Positions 1 to 45,760 of a stretch of 64,000 nucleotides of DNA are shown here, piece by piece. The DNA comes from Octopus bimaculoides (lineage: Eukaryota): NCBI RefSeq assembly GCF_001194135.2, contig NC_068988.1, forward strand, positions 50,390,022 to 50,454,021. Direction: 5' to 3'. Position 1 is the stretch's first letter. Each line of letters starts with the position of its first letter. The notes under the pieces are model-generated. The model had not been told where the DNA came from. It did no database searches and worked only from the letters and a program-made list of their open reading frames with translations. Made by a program: the position numbers and the translations under genes.

Positions 1-1
1 T

Positions 2-41
<40 letters not shown>

Positions 42-630
42 GTATGTATATATGTATGTGTATATATATATATGTGTATATATATATATGTATGTATGTA
101 TGTATATATATATATGTATGTATGTATGTATATATATAAGTTGGCTTGAAGATCTTTGATCATGAGTTTACTGACTCAAGGTTGAGCTGAGGCTAAACAA
201 TGAGAGCAAAAACTCAGTTGATTGTTATTTCTTCTGCAAATGTTTACAGAATAGTCTATTCTAGAACCCATTCAATCTTTTCAGCAAGCATAAACCCACC
301 AATCAAGACATTGAGGGCTTCAAATAAAGTATTGATTATATTGATTTGTCACACAATTCAAAGAGTGATCATTACTTTTAATGACTGTAACACTAATAAT
401 ATGCATCTCCACTTTTCTAGCTTACCAGAACTTGGGATTGCAATCTAATTAATGCTTGTAAATTTCTGATTAAAGTAATTAGCTATTTCTACTTATGGTA
501 TTTTCTAATTAGTAACCTGAGCCAATGAAATCAAGCATCTTTGTTTAAGAACTCATCACAATTTTTATTGAGTCATGATATTATAATACTTCACCTTGTA
601 AGCTAGCACTCTCACAACTCAGCCATTTCT

Positions 631-850
631 TTAACCCACTTGATGCCAATCCATCTAAGACCACACCACCCCTTATTCTATGATACAAACTTCCTGTTTC
701 AAAATCATGAAAATTATAACTGACCATCAGATTTGTTAATTTATGTTTCTAACACCAGTTTAATAATAACAAAATTATTTCAATAAATTCTTTATTTAAT
801 TGAAACAAAAGCAGTGTTTTTCAACAGAAATATGGTGACAAAAAGGTTAA
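631..850. mobile_element. piggyBac-type MITE relic
   Basis: Begins ttaaccc..., ends ...aaaaggttaa (TTAA at both ends, imperfect TIRs). A related partial copy lies near 60295-60440. Confidence 0.5.
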
Positions 851-3604
851 ATAAAATATTTCTGTGATGATAAGGCACAATGGCTGTGAGATATAATACT
901 AGACGATAAACTACAATGTCATAGGATCAAGGCTTAGTTGTGCAATTGAGTGAGGTTCACAATCTGCTTGTTCAGTTTACCTCTTCAAAAAACTTTAAAT
1001 GATTTTTTCTACTTACAAGTTGAGTATTTGGCAACAGGAATATTAGATTGTACAAAGAAATTTTCTAAGAAATAAACCATGAAATGACTGTGTTCTGAAG
1101 AAGTCCACTTCATAACCACATGGTTCTTGGTTCAATTCTACTGTGTGGCACCATGGTCAAGTGTGTTGTTCAGTCTCTTGTTGACCACTGGTATTTATTT
1201 GAGTGGAATTAGGCAGATAGTAATTGTCCAATATATATATACATATATAGTAGATAGAGGGATGAATGGATAAAGAGATGCACACAAAAAAGCAATAATC
1301 CAGTGCTTTTGAATGAAAATTCCCTTTGTGGTATTTGTTTTGCCCAACTTGCTAAAACAATCCCTTCTCACTCTCACCATCTAAAAATGTAGTGAATTAA
1401 TGATTAATTAGCCCATTTGAAACCTGTAACCAACAATTTTATATCCCAAATTGTGATATGAAACTAAACCAGTGAAAAAAAATTATCACAAGTTATATTT
1501 TGATTGGTAATATTTTCTCTGTTAATGATTGATCTGAATTGACTATAGTCATCTTACTGTTTTTAAGATAATCATTTTTTTCTTATTAACCTAAAGTTTC
1601 TGTCAACTATATCATGAAAGAAGTATTTTAGCTATTTAAGAATACACATAAATTGTTATATTCACTTTTCATTTACTTTTGTGGGGTTCAAATTTCTCTT
1701 GTACTTCTGCAACCAAATCACTGACACAGAAATTGTATAAGTGACCTGGTCACGGAAGTGTATGTGACAAATATTGACATTTCAAGAAATAACAGAAAGT
1801 AAATTCAATATTTTTTTTAAAATAACTTTTCTCTGATTAAAATGACTCTTTTGTGATGTGACTGTTACAGTTTCAATATACAATCTCAGATTGTATTACT
1901 GCCAAGTGAATATAACTAAAGTTTGTGTATTTAGACTCTGTAATGATTGCATTATTCAAATTTCATTGAAACGGAGGTAAAGAAAGTTTAAAAGCTGGTG
2001 ACTAACAGCAGAATTCATTTCAGATTGAGAAATATTTGCTACATAAGAATATATACATATATATGTGTGTGTGTGTGTGTGTATGTATGTGTATATGTGT
2101 GTGTATATATGTGCATGTGTATATATATATATATATATATGTATATATGTGTGTGTGTATGTATATATATATTTATATGATAATGCAAGTGAAACAAAAT
2201 GACTGCAAACCACAAACTAAAATCATGTGACTGATTTACCCCTCTAAAAGCTTACTTTTATTCTGTAACATTGAGGAGCATAAATTTGATTTCTATTTCA
2301 ATAATTTTAGTATTTAATAAATTTTGGTCATTTTTTCCCCTCAAAACTGCATCAGAGATTTACACTTTACTCCTAACATATGTGTTGGTACATTTGAAGA
2401 AAACTATATTGTTTTGTGTTTATAGTGTTTTTATAGTGGGCAAGTTTTATTTTGGCCTATACATGGTTGGCAAGTTGGTAGTGTGTTACATTTTAATATA
2501 GGCAGACTGTAGAGTTGCTGAGAATTTGGTTTCTAAACTGGTACTTTTTTACCTGCTCTTACCTTCTGCATGGGATATTTGACAGTCAACTTAATACATC
2601 TCTCTCTCTCTTTTTTTTTTTTTTTTCATTCTAGACTATCTCCTGATATCTTCCACACCCTCTGATAATGTTTTTCTCTCTCTCCTGCCTCTCTTCCCCT
2701 GCCTATCTCCTCAAAACTTTTAAACAAGATCCAATAGACTTTCAAGTTGTACTGTCATATGTGCATTTTCAATTATTAACTCCCGACTTTTCTATATCTC
2801 AGTTATCACTCATTGGATTGCATTTTACATTTAAATTTTCTCAATACTCACTTCTATTTTTGCATTTTCTTTTGCTTCATCTTTAATCCTCTCTAATCCT
2901 CTTTGCAAAACAAAAAGAAAAAAAACTAACAAAACTTACTAATCCATCAGCTATTTTACTAACCTTTAGCAGTTTCTTGTTATATTACTTTTCAATTGAC
3001 ATTTTTAATCAGGCAAGTTTTCAGGCACCTCTTCCTTGGTACCATTACCATTTAACTCTCTTCACAAACTGGTTTCTTTATTACCCTTTAATTTAACTAA
3101 CTTTCAGATAAGACTCAAATATTTACATCTTAATCTGTTGCATATTTCACTTTTGCTTTTGTATATTAGGTCTAAATATTACACAGAGGCACACATAATA
3201 CATGTGCTTGCCCTCGCACTCACACAGACATCTGCATCCAACTTCTGATCAGTGTTGGGTCATTTAAGAAGTAACTATTGACAAGGCTTGCCATTTATGA
3301 AAGTTAACAAAACCTGTTGTGAAATTATTAATCTCGGCAACAACACATTATGTTGGAGTGCTACTGGGTTGAGCAGATGCAGCATCCCACAGAGATGAGG
3401 ACTGACTGAGACTCTGCTCAATGGGTCACCTGGGAGGACACCAGAATATACCAGCAAATGGTGAATGCAATAACACACTGCAATGGTGCATGCCTGCACC
3501 CCTGACCTGAGTGCTATTATTTGTTGTCTTTCTATAGTCAGGCATTTGATTCTAAACAATCACTCCACTGCCAAAATATTCAACATCAAGCACCATTTCA
3601 TATT

Positions 3605-3990
3605 ATACATTTCATCTTTGACTTCTTTCAGTCATTAAACTGCAGCTATGCTGGGTTCATCGCCTTGAAGGGTTTTAGTCTCAGAAATCAACCTCAGTAC
3701 TCAAGTCTGGTACTTATTCTGTTGGTCTCTTTGCCAAAATGTTAAGTTATGGGGGACATACGTAAGCCAACACTGGTTGCTAAGTGGTGATGGGACGAAC
3801 ACCAAGACACATATACGCATAGATGGGCTTCACCACAGTCTCCAGCTACTAAATTCACTCATAAGGCATTGGTCAGCTTAGAGCTATAGTAGAAGGCACT
3901 CGTCCAGGATGCCATTCTGGGGAAATGAACCTGAAACCATGTGGTTGCAAAGCAAGCTACTTAACCTCATATCCATGCCTGCACTTATAT
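3605..3990 (-). mobile_element. tRNA-derived SINE (abundant family with head ggcatgg...gtggttaagaag)
   Basis: Reverse complement matches copies at 44573-44975 and 52855-53190. Confidence 0.7.
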
Positions 3991-4379
3991 TTCAATTTGT
4001 AAAATGAGTTATTTATTAGAAGAAAGACTAGAGTTTTCTGGACCAGTCTTTTTCTTTTTGTGTTTCTGTGTTCTACCCTAAGCTTTGACAATTTCATTCT
4101 TAATTTGTGTTCAGTAAGAATTTGTGACACATAAGAGATGATTCAATGAATGAGGATTATGCTAAATAGAACACAGAGACATAGAAGCAGGCATGATATG
4201 TAGTTAATAAGTTTATTTCACAGCTGTTTGGTTCCAAGTTTGATCCTACTGTACTACACTTTAGCCAAGTGTCTTCTGTCATAGCCCTATATTGACCAAT
4301 GCCTCTTGAATGAAATTTGGTTGATGAAGACTATATGGAAGCCCACTGTGTGTGTGTGTGTGTGTGTGCATGTGTGTAT

Positions 4380-4668
4380 CATCATCATCATTGTTTAACA
4401 TCTGCCTTTCATGCTGGCATGAATGGGACAGTTTGACAGCACCCATGAGCCTGCTCAACTGGAGAGGAATGCAGGGGATATGCCTGTATGCAAGGACAAC
4501 CACAGTCTTACTTAGCTTGAGGTATCTTCTGAAGCACAGCAAACTGCCAGAAGCCCCTGTCATCCTTTCTGTGAGTCCCAACATCTGAAGGTCCTTTCTC
4601 ACCACTTCGTACCACACCTTACTGGGTCTGCCCCTTCCACATGTTCCCTTTACAATTAGACATTGCAT
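4380..4668 (-). mobile_element. RTE-clade LINE 3' end fragment
   Basis: ORF segment CLIVKGTCGRGRPSKVWYEVVRKDLQMLGLTE resembles the RTE C-terminal GRPxxxW motif, followed by a ...catgccagcatg...ttaaa(tga)n tail. Confidence 0.75.
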
Positions 4669-4702
<34 letters not shown>

Positions 4703-5289
4703 GCATGTGGGTTTGTTTCTTTAAGCAATATGAAGAAAGAAAATTAAATAAACCAGTTCTTTCAATCAAAGTCCCTTGTGATAATTGTTCTACCCAGGTA
4801 CACAGACAATCATTATAAATACAGCAAACTAGTGTTGCCCCATTGAAAACTTGTAACAATACATTGTTCACAAATCATATAATCTTCCAGACTACTAAAC
4901 TCATTTTTAGAGTTTATAAAACATAATATATATCCTACGCACACCTTGTTTCAGTCAGTTCTAATTACTGATCGCCATCAGAAATAAATTGCCTGATGTC
5001 AGTTGAGATTTAATGTATATATAAATATCATAAATATACATTCTAAATATACAGTAAACAGTCTGCAAAATTCTGATCTGGATGACCACAACTCATCTTA
5101 GATATTTAAGTTTGTGTGCTCCTTTGGTTACAACCTAATAAATCCATCTATGAAGTGCACATTATGAAAATTCAAAGCAGTCCATACTTTCTGCTTATTG
5201 TAACAGAACTCAGACTCACTAAGACTACTGGTTAATCTAGGATTATTGGGTAATTGTGATATTCTGATGATCTTTGCTCTTGAAAATTG

Positions 5290-5530
5290 TGTGAATTAAT
5301 GGTCAACATTTTCAGACAAATGTCTCAGAAGGAAGACCTAGGGGTAGACCAAGAATGAGATGTTTGGAGAATATCTATTGTCTCAGTTGGTTTTGTTTGG
5401 AAATTCAACCAGAAAGTCTAATGACGGTTGCTTCTAATAGGACCTTATTGATGAGGTGCCTGAAGACTATATCCTCCATGACCTTCTCAGGAATAGTGGG
5501 CAGAGAAGATGGTTGGATGGCTGTCTCCAC
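5290..5530 (+). mobile_element. RTE-like LINE 3' end (second family)
   Basis: GRPRGRPRMRCLENI...QPESLMTVASNR; a homologous copy lies at about 51620-51860. Confidence 0.65.
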
Positions 5531-6516
5531 AGGATGGACCACTTCAGTGATATGCTAAGAATGTGATGTATCTAGTTCTTTAGAATCTGCTTTATAAACC
5601 ATTAATAACTTGCATCTCCCTCCCTCTCTACACTTGTTACATAAATGTTTCTCTGTCATATTCCATAGCAGTTACCTTATTTTGAGGACTGGGCCTAGAT
5701 GCCTTTCATCTATGGCAGCATTTAGAAAGGAAGAGCCTGTTCAGCCATTACTAAAGTAGATTTTTATTTTTGGCAGTATAAAGACATGGGACACTCAGAG
5801 ACATCTTATTGTTCTAAGCCTTGTCTATGGCTCATATTTTCTTATAGTTCTTGACTCCTAGTTGATATCACAGTTCTCAGAATATCACCTTGTATCTCAA
5901 GTAACATGCTGAGATTTTTTTCATCCTATCTTAGCTCATTAAAGAAGCAACCATATTATTCTTGGCAGTTTTAATTGATACCTCTTTTGTTGATTTAGTG
6001 TACACTCATTTCTACAGATCTTTGATTCCTTTTCATAAAAAAACTGATTTTCTCTTACTATAGTAAAAACAGGCAGGGACAGAAAAAATAAAATTCCACT
6101 GTTCTTTTCTGTATTTTTTTCTTGGAAATTTTCTCAGTGCCTAATAAAGATAAACTGGTAATGAAAGACCATGGCTTTTGAAATATCTACTAGAATGGAT
6201 TTATTTATAGGTGCTGAGATCTTGGTCACTTTTTTAATTTTATGTTTTTAACCTAACTCTTCCATTTGGTTCAATTTCTTACATGACTATTCCAAACTGT
6301 TCCTATCTTTTCACTTAACAAACCCAACCATCAAACCAGAACATAGTCTGAAAGTATGGATTCAGATGCAAATTAACCTAATACTACAACCTTATGTAAA
6401 TGGAACACAACCAGCAGATAAATAAGAATATTAAAAAAAAAAACAATTAATAAAGAAAAAAAAAGAAACAATCTTCATCTAATTTACATCTCCATAATTT
6501 TTCTCTCTGTCTGCAG

Positions 6517-38706
<32,190 letters not shown>

Positions 38707-38821
38707 GTTTGAAAGTTTGACTGAAAATTAAACAAATCCCTCCTGTTTCTTTTCATATCTTTTAACCCTATACAATCCCAGAGCCCATGTTCCTCTTCTA
38801 TAAAAAAAAAGACAAAAAAAA

Positions 38822-38915
38822 AATAAACCATGCTGCTGTATTATAATTGTGGACTTTCGTGTTACAAGACAGAAAATAGCACAAACAATAATGCTTCCCC
38901 TTGCAAACAAATAAA
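38822..38915 (+). terminator. Candidate proximal polyadenylation signals (AATAAA at 38822-38827 and 38910-38915)
   Basis: Canonical hexamers 115-205 nt after the stop. AATAAA is common by chance in AT-rich DNA, so usage is unproven. Confidence 0.3.
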
Positions 38916-39052
38916 ACTCATGCTAGTCCCTTACCCCAAACCCACATATTTTTTTTAATATTTTTTTTTTCCTTGTGACGCTGGAGAAAAGGACATTTTA
39001 AAATACTTTGAAGGAAGTATATATGCTACCAGTCTCTGTAGGAAGACATACA

Positions 39053-39098
<46 letters not shown>

Positions 39099-39824
39099 TA
39101 CTAATGCTAACAGTACAGAGTTTCCAACAGTTTGTAAAGTGCAGCTACAGGGAAGGTGTTATATATATTAATGTTCTAAGACAAAAGCATATGACTCATG
39201 TAAAACAGAGTGGGCGGGTGGGGCAGGTATTGATCCCTTCACTTAAAACAAAATATACAGAATGAGCATTGCTCATAAGAATCAGTTTACTTGTCTTCTG
39301 CTATTATTATCATCTGAAGGGATTTTGCACCCACTCAAATTGGAATACATTGCATTACAAGATCACATCAAAGGAAAACAGGAATATAGATACATAGATA
39401 GAAATAAAGATAGATAGATATATAGATAGACAGACAGACACAATGCCATATAGATCCATGTTCTTAAGCACATACATAGATGCTTAGCTAATTTTTTTAA
39501 AAAAAGGAAGCTTATATATGTTCCATCTTACTTGAAGGCAAAATGTGACTTCAGATCAAATATTATATAACACCTTTATGTGTGTGCATGAATATGACAA
39601 GTAAGGAGACAGAGGATCTGTACATTTGTGTGTGTGGTATGTGAAAACTTCCAATAAGCTTTGAAATCCTACAAGAGAAAAGAGTTGGCTGATCTATTTT
39701 CAATAATTTTGAGTAAGGAAGTTTCTATATGACATTTTAAATGGCACTATTCCTCCTTTGAATTTCTTTCATTCTCTCTCTCTATGTGTTGATGTGGGCT
39801 TATGAATGTGTGTGTGTGTATATC

Positions 39825-39865
<41 letters not shown>

Positions 39866-41006
39866 GATATGATTCTCCCTTCTGTCAACATAAGAGGGTA
39901 TGCTTGGGCATAATATTGAATTACTTAGATTATAAATCTGCTTAAAGTATTCCAAGATATTTCCTGATTAGGCTTTAATTTATTATCAGATTATCACGTG
40001 GGAGATGTTTTCAAATAAGCTTTATTGGTTTCCTCAAATTTCCCTAGAATCATTTTTTTTTTTACTTTCTAAATTCTCAAAATGTGAAAAGATCAGCAGG
40101 ACTGAAGGGGCTTGCTGAATATAGGTTACCAAAATATTTTCCAAACAAAACTATGTCAATCTTAATTATTCAGAGCTTATGAAATGTTTCAACTGCTTGG
40201 AATTAAAAGTTATCTTTTTTTATTTATCACATTTTATTTTACTTTTTCAAATCCAGTTCTAGACATTACTGAATTTTATTGAACTTATAACTATATTTGT
40301 ATTTGATATCTTCCAATACCTGACGTGTATCTGTGTGCCCAGATAAGCACACATACACACACACACACATATATGTATACATACACACACATATATATGT
40401 GTACACATACACACATCCATGCAACGAATGCTGTAGATATAAATTCTTAACAAGTCTGCAGCACTAGTACAAATTTCTAGTTGCAGCCACTTCACTAATG
40501 CTCTTTAGAAAGATATATAAAAGTTACATAATTTCATTTCTTCATCCTTAAGGCCAATATAAGACATCAGTACACCAAATAGACACTCTCACATGCCATC
40601 TCAAGTTGATCAGTAATATTTGTGCATAGTTTTCTGCAGGAGACACACTTGTCACCCAATCACATGCATGTGATCATTTTTGTGAGCTTTAAAATACAAA
40701 ACTTATGTTGCATGTTGCAACTGGACTTTAAATTGTTTAACATTATCATCTCTTACTCGGTAGTTGGAGATGAATGAGTGAAAGAGATTGCAAATTTATG
40801 AAGTCAATGGCTCATCAGGAAAGCTCTCGATTATCAACCAATAGACATGGCTTCCAGTCTCATCTGACTTTCAGACGATTTTTTTTTCTCTTTGTGCCTC
40901 TGTGTTTCTGTATATTTTCATCATATACTCACTCACACACACACACAATGTACACACAGATATGCACGTGTGTGTGTGTGTGTGTGTGTGAATACGTGTG
41001 TGCATA

Positions 41007-41045
<39 letters not shown>

Positions 41046-41291
41046 TTTAAAGTGTTGTGTAGACATTTTGCAAGTTAGGGGAAAATGTTCTATTAGAAAG
41101 TATTGGTGGGGAAAGAAAGTTGAAACAAATCTCAAAGAATGGCTTCTGAGAACAATGTCTCCATTTACGGGTTGTACAAGCTGTTTATTTTTTTTTTTTC
41201 ATTTCCTTTTTAGTTCCTCAATATGTGTGTTTGCGTGTACAAATAATTTTAAACAAGAGTCAACTGGAATTGTGCTATAGTATTCTTATAA

Positions 41292-41638
41292 NNNNNNNNN
41301 NNNNNNNNNNNNNNNNNNNNNNNNNNNNNNNNNNNNNNNNNNNNNNNNNNNNNNNNNNNNNNNNNNNNNNNNNNNNNNNNNNNNNNNNNNNNNNNNNNNN
41401 NNNNNNNNNNNNNNNNNNNNNNNNNNNNNNNNNNNNNNNNNNNNNNNNNNNNNNNNNNNNNNNNNNNNNNNNNNNNNNNNNNNNNNNNNNNNNNNNNNNN
41501 NNNNNNNNNNNNNNNNNNNNNNNNNNNNNNNNNNNNNNNNNNNNNNNNNNNNNNNNNNNNNNNNNNNNNNNNNNNNNNNNNNNNNNNNNNNNNNNNNNNN
41601 NNNNNNNNNNNNNNNNNNNNNNNNNNNNNNNNNNNNNN
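41292..41638. other. Assembly gap
   Basis: N run. Confidence 0.99.
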
Positions 41639-44572
41639 TATTGTGTAATGGCTCAAAGTTGGAAAGCTGATTCTTTTTTAAGTATGTCATTATTTGATTC
41701 CTTCTTTTGAAAAGAAAACAACAAAGGAATAGAATGATACATGTTTTCTTCATTTGCCATTGAACATCCTTTTTATGAAGAAGGGACTTTTTGTCTTAAG
41801 GTGAAATTCAAATCAAGAGTAAAAAAAAAAAAACCTTCATATATTCTTTCAGTTTATCTAATTAAATAGATAAATGACAAAATAAATAAACTACCAGTAT
41901 TCAAGAATCGATGGTTTTCTTTGAAACATATCTTCTTGTAAGAGTCATTGTTCAGGATAAGATAACTTGATTGAATTGAACACTACAGTGTAGAAAGAGT
42001 AAGAGAGGTGAGCTACTTGACAGATTGAGACTGCAACCCACTCATTGAATCCCTGTCGTTGCTACTTAAGTCACAAAATATCCTCATAAAACTCCCATGA
42101 ATGTCACACAATCACACCTTCCTCACCTATAACTCTTGAATATTTTGTGCCTAAATGAGAAATCAGTATAGATGTTTAGTAGCATGAAATGGTTATGTTC
42201 CCATCATAATGAAACCTCAAACTGACTTCACTCTCTAGGCAAAAATGTCGCATAATTCCATATTCCTTCCCCTATAAAACCGAGGTTTTGTTGTGCCTGT
42301 GTAAGAATTCGTTGTTCATTTGCTTTGTCTTGGTATTCTTGGATGCTAAACTGAAATGTTTTTTTTTACAGCTATTGGTGTTATTATACTTTGTTTTTGC
42401 CATATATACATATATATATATATATACTTATATATACATATACATATATATATACATTTATATATATTCATATATATATATGCACACACATATACATCTC
42501 CCTTCGACTTACCAAAATTTGGCCATAACTGAGAACACTAATTCACCAGGCATGTATATCTGGAATGTCTGCAAACTGTAATTTCATGATTGGTGCTATT
42601 AATGCTTTTTCTATTTTTTATTTTTATAGTAATTTATTTAACCTTTATTTATTTATTCATTTTGTTTGCCTTAATCCAAATTAATATCCTAAGCTTTTAT
42701 ATTCTGAAAGGTCAATTGTCATAATTTTAAGGGAGACATTTTAGGTTTGAGCAGGCCATCTAAAGCACTTTTTATTTCCCTCCCACCTATAAATGAAAGA
42801 AAGAAAGAAAGAAAGAAAAGCATCAATAGATGTATATGTGAGTGTATGATACAATGGCTGTGAGATTTTTGTGTTGGATTACTGACCTCATTGTCCAGAG
42901 TTTGAATCTTGCTACAGTCATTATATTTATACTTGAGAGCAAGGCATAAAACTCTGCTGCCTCAGTTTTCCTGGATAACAAGAGTTCATTATTTCATGGT
43001 TAATGGTAAGGACAAACAACTGTAGATATTATTGCCCTAACGATATGCAAATGTCCAAATTTTCAAAGACCATACCATTTTTGCTAGTATATAAAAAAAA
43101 AATGGATGTAAAATAGACATAAGTGTGAGTGTGTGTGGTTATTTGTGATAACTGTAGATACAAGAATAAACTAAAATTATAAATTGAAAAATAAAGAATA
43201 CCGCCAATAAACTGATTGTGAAAAAGTGATCGTTTCTGAATTTTGACACAGATCAACATTTTTGGCTGCCATCTTGAGAAATTATTTTTAATTGTTTGCA
43301 GTCAGGTCCCAGTTTGTTATTCTGTCACTGTAGTTAGAATTTGAATGATCAAAGCCTTATCTACATCTCTACATCTTGGAAGGTTTTCTTTACATTTATA
43401 TGGATTTGTTTCCCTTCATTTCCATGTTAAAGGAAGAAAATTTGTCAGGTGATAAATGAGAAAATGTGTTAGTATTATAGCGGTGTGAGAGTACCTAAGA
43501 AGTGTAACACATCTGATGCACTGACCCTTTTACTTACTAGATGTACATGTTCTTTGTTGCATCTGAAATATCATAAAATATTCATAATGTGCATCACAGC
43601 TGGTAGGCTATCATCTCAGTCTTGTGTCTCTATTGTAACACACGTAATTCTCGGGGACAGGCAAAGAATTAAAGTTGCCTTTACTGCTATTATAAAATAT
43701 TATTGCTTAAGTTTCTTTTTTTTTTTTTAATTTTAATATAATTTTGTTTTCTTTTACATGTAGTTCTTTTGTTATTTTTTAATCCTTGTCTATCTTGAAT
43801 TTTATTATCTATTAACAGGTATGTATGAGAGAGGGAGGGGTTACTTTCCAATGGTATTCATTTTTTAAATTGATTTCATTGAGTTAGCAATCTCAACATG
43901 TGACATGCTTTTTTATTAAGAAAGGGGGATGAAATAGCAATAACTACTCATTTACAACAGAAATTAACCTAAAGAAAAATAATTCCTTGATTCAAATCAT
44001 CTTTCATGTTAAAACATAAATTTAGAGTGATACATGGTCTTTCATTGATGAACTAACTAAAAGTTGGTGCATTTTACTCTCACACACACACACTAAAACA
44101 AACAAAGCAGCTCACTGTTTTTATTTCCCAAAGTCTTAAATTATGTGTGTATATGTTGAAATGTATATAGTAAAATATTGTGTTGCTATGGTTAAAAGTA
44201 TAAACGTCTGATTTACCTTTTAAATATATCATTTTCTAGTAGTAGTAATAATGATGATAATTATCCCAATAATAACAGCACTATTCCTTAAATGTCTTCT
44301 TGATATAGTTAAATGATAAATACTTCACCAAGAAATATATGATGCTGCTTCTACAGCAAATAAAATCCTGCAGAATGTTAGCAATAAATTGTAGCTTATG
44401 ACATATTAACACACGTATTTGGTAGGCTTTGAACAAAACTGAAACAGCAGACGTAACTATTATCAGTTACAGTTTATAACTGTCAATCAGTATCTCTTAC
44501 TCTAGATACCTTACTTGTCTGTGTAAACAAATTTATGTCCACCTGCTGATATATATATATATATGTATATGT

Positions 44573-44975
44573 GCAGGTATGTTTGTGTGGTTAAGAAGCC
44601 CACTTTTTCAACCATGTGGTTTTGGGTTCAGTCCCACTGTGAAACACCTTGGGTAAATGTCTTCTACTATAGCCTCATGCCGACCACTGCCTTGTGAATG
44701 GTGGACAGGAACTGTGTGGGAGCCGCCTGTCATATACGTATGTGTGTGTTGTGTGTCTTTTTGTGTTTGTTCCCCACACTACTGCCATCCCTTAACAACT
44801 GGTGTTGGTTTGTTTATGTCCCCCATAACTTAGTGGTTTAGTAAAAGAGACCAATAGAAATAAGTACCAGATTTTAAAAAAGAAATATAGCACTGGGGTC
44901 AATTTGTTCAACTAAACCCATCAAGGCAGTGCCCCAGCATGGCCACAGTTTAGTGACTGAAACAAGTAAATGATA
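44573..44975 (+). mobile_element. Full-length tRNA-derived SINE
   Basis: Head gtgtggttaagaag...gggttcagtcccactg, central (TG)n, tail ...gactgaaacaagtaaa. Confidence 0.8.
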
Positions 44976-45379
44976 AACAATATACACACATAAGCAAAAA
45001 CAAATTACATGATATGCATTTGTTTTTCAAGTTCCAGATTCTTCCTTCTTTACACCAAATATTCTATGACTTCCCCCACCCCATCAGATCTATGCACTCA
45101 GCCTACTGCTCTAAAAAAAGAGAGAAAAAAGCGCAAAAAAATCTCTGCGATAATGCCCTAACTTAACCCTACCCTTTCTACCATCAAGTCTCTGATATCC
45201 TGCTGACTGCTTAAACTCTTATTGTGTGCAGCTATATCTGAATCTTCACAGGTAAACAAAAAATTGTGGAATCATTCTAACAAATGAGTAAAAATAAAGG
45301 CAGAAAAAAAAGTCTTTAAAAGGACTGACTGTTTTGTTATTGAAGTATCAATGTTTTCCCAACCCTAACACACACTGAT

Positions 45380-45680
45380 AATGGATAATTTTATATGGAT
45401 ATACCACATAGTGACTTATGGTATATTAATGATTTTTATATACATTAAGCTATACTATACTGCTGATCTGTGATTTTGTATATATGTATGTATGAAATCA
45501 CATGGTTGCTCATAGTGTATCTGTATAATTTTATACATTATATATATACTATGCTGATGGATATGGCATAACCTATAATTTTATATATTAGGTTTATACC
45601 ATGCTGGCTTCTGGTAATATTTATATGATTTTAAAATTTAGATATAACATGTTGCTGGCTTATGGTATATAATGGATTAT

Positions 45681-45723
<43 letters not shown>

Positions 45724-45760
45724 TTTTGTATGTTAGATATACCATGCTTATGATATATCT
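45380..45760. repeat. Degenerate minisatellite, unit about 45-55 bp
   Basis: Recurring attttata...tataccatgctg.cttatggtata units. Confidence 0.6.

Noticed and set aside
2271-2501. Hydrophobic ORF as the missing TM1 exon
   Set aside because: No latrophilin TM1 motif or GPS, and no suitable splice sites giving phase 2 into 6517; the TM1 exon is probably upstream of the window
41225-41753. Long ORFs spanning N runs (also 58777-59736, 60969-61326)
   Set aside because: Artefacts of assembly gaps
45160-45370. ccctaac/taaccct telomere-like motifs
   Set aside because: Only 2-3 scattered units, not an array
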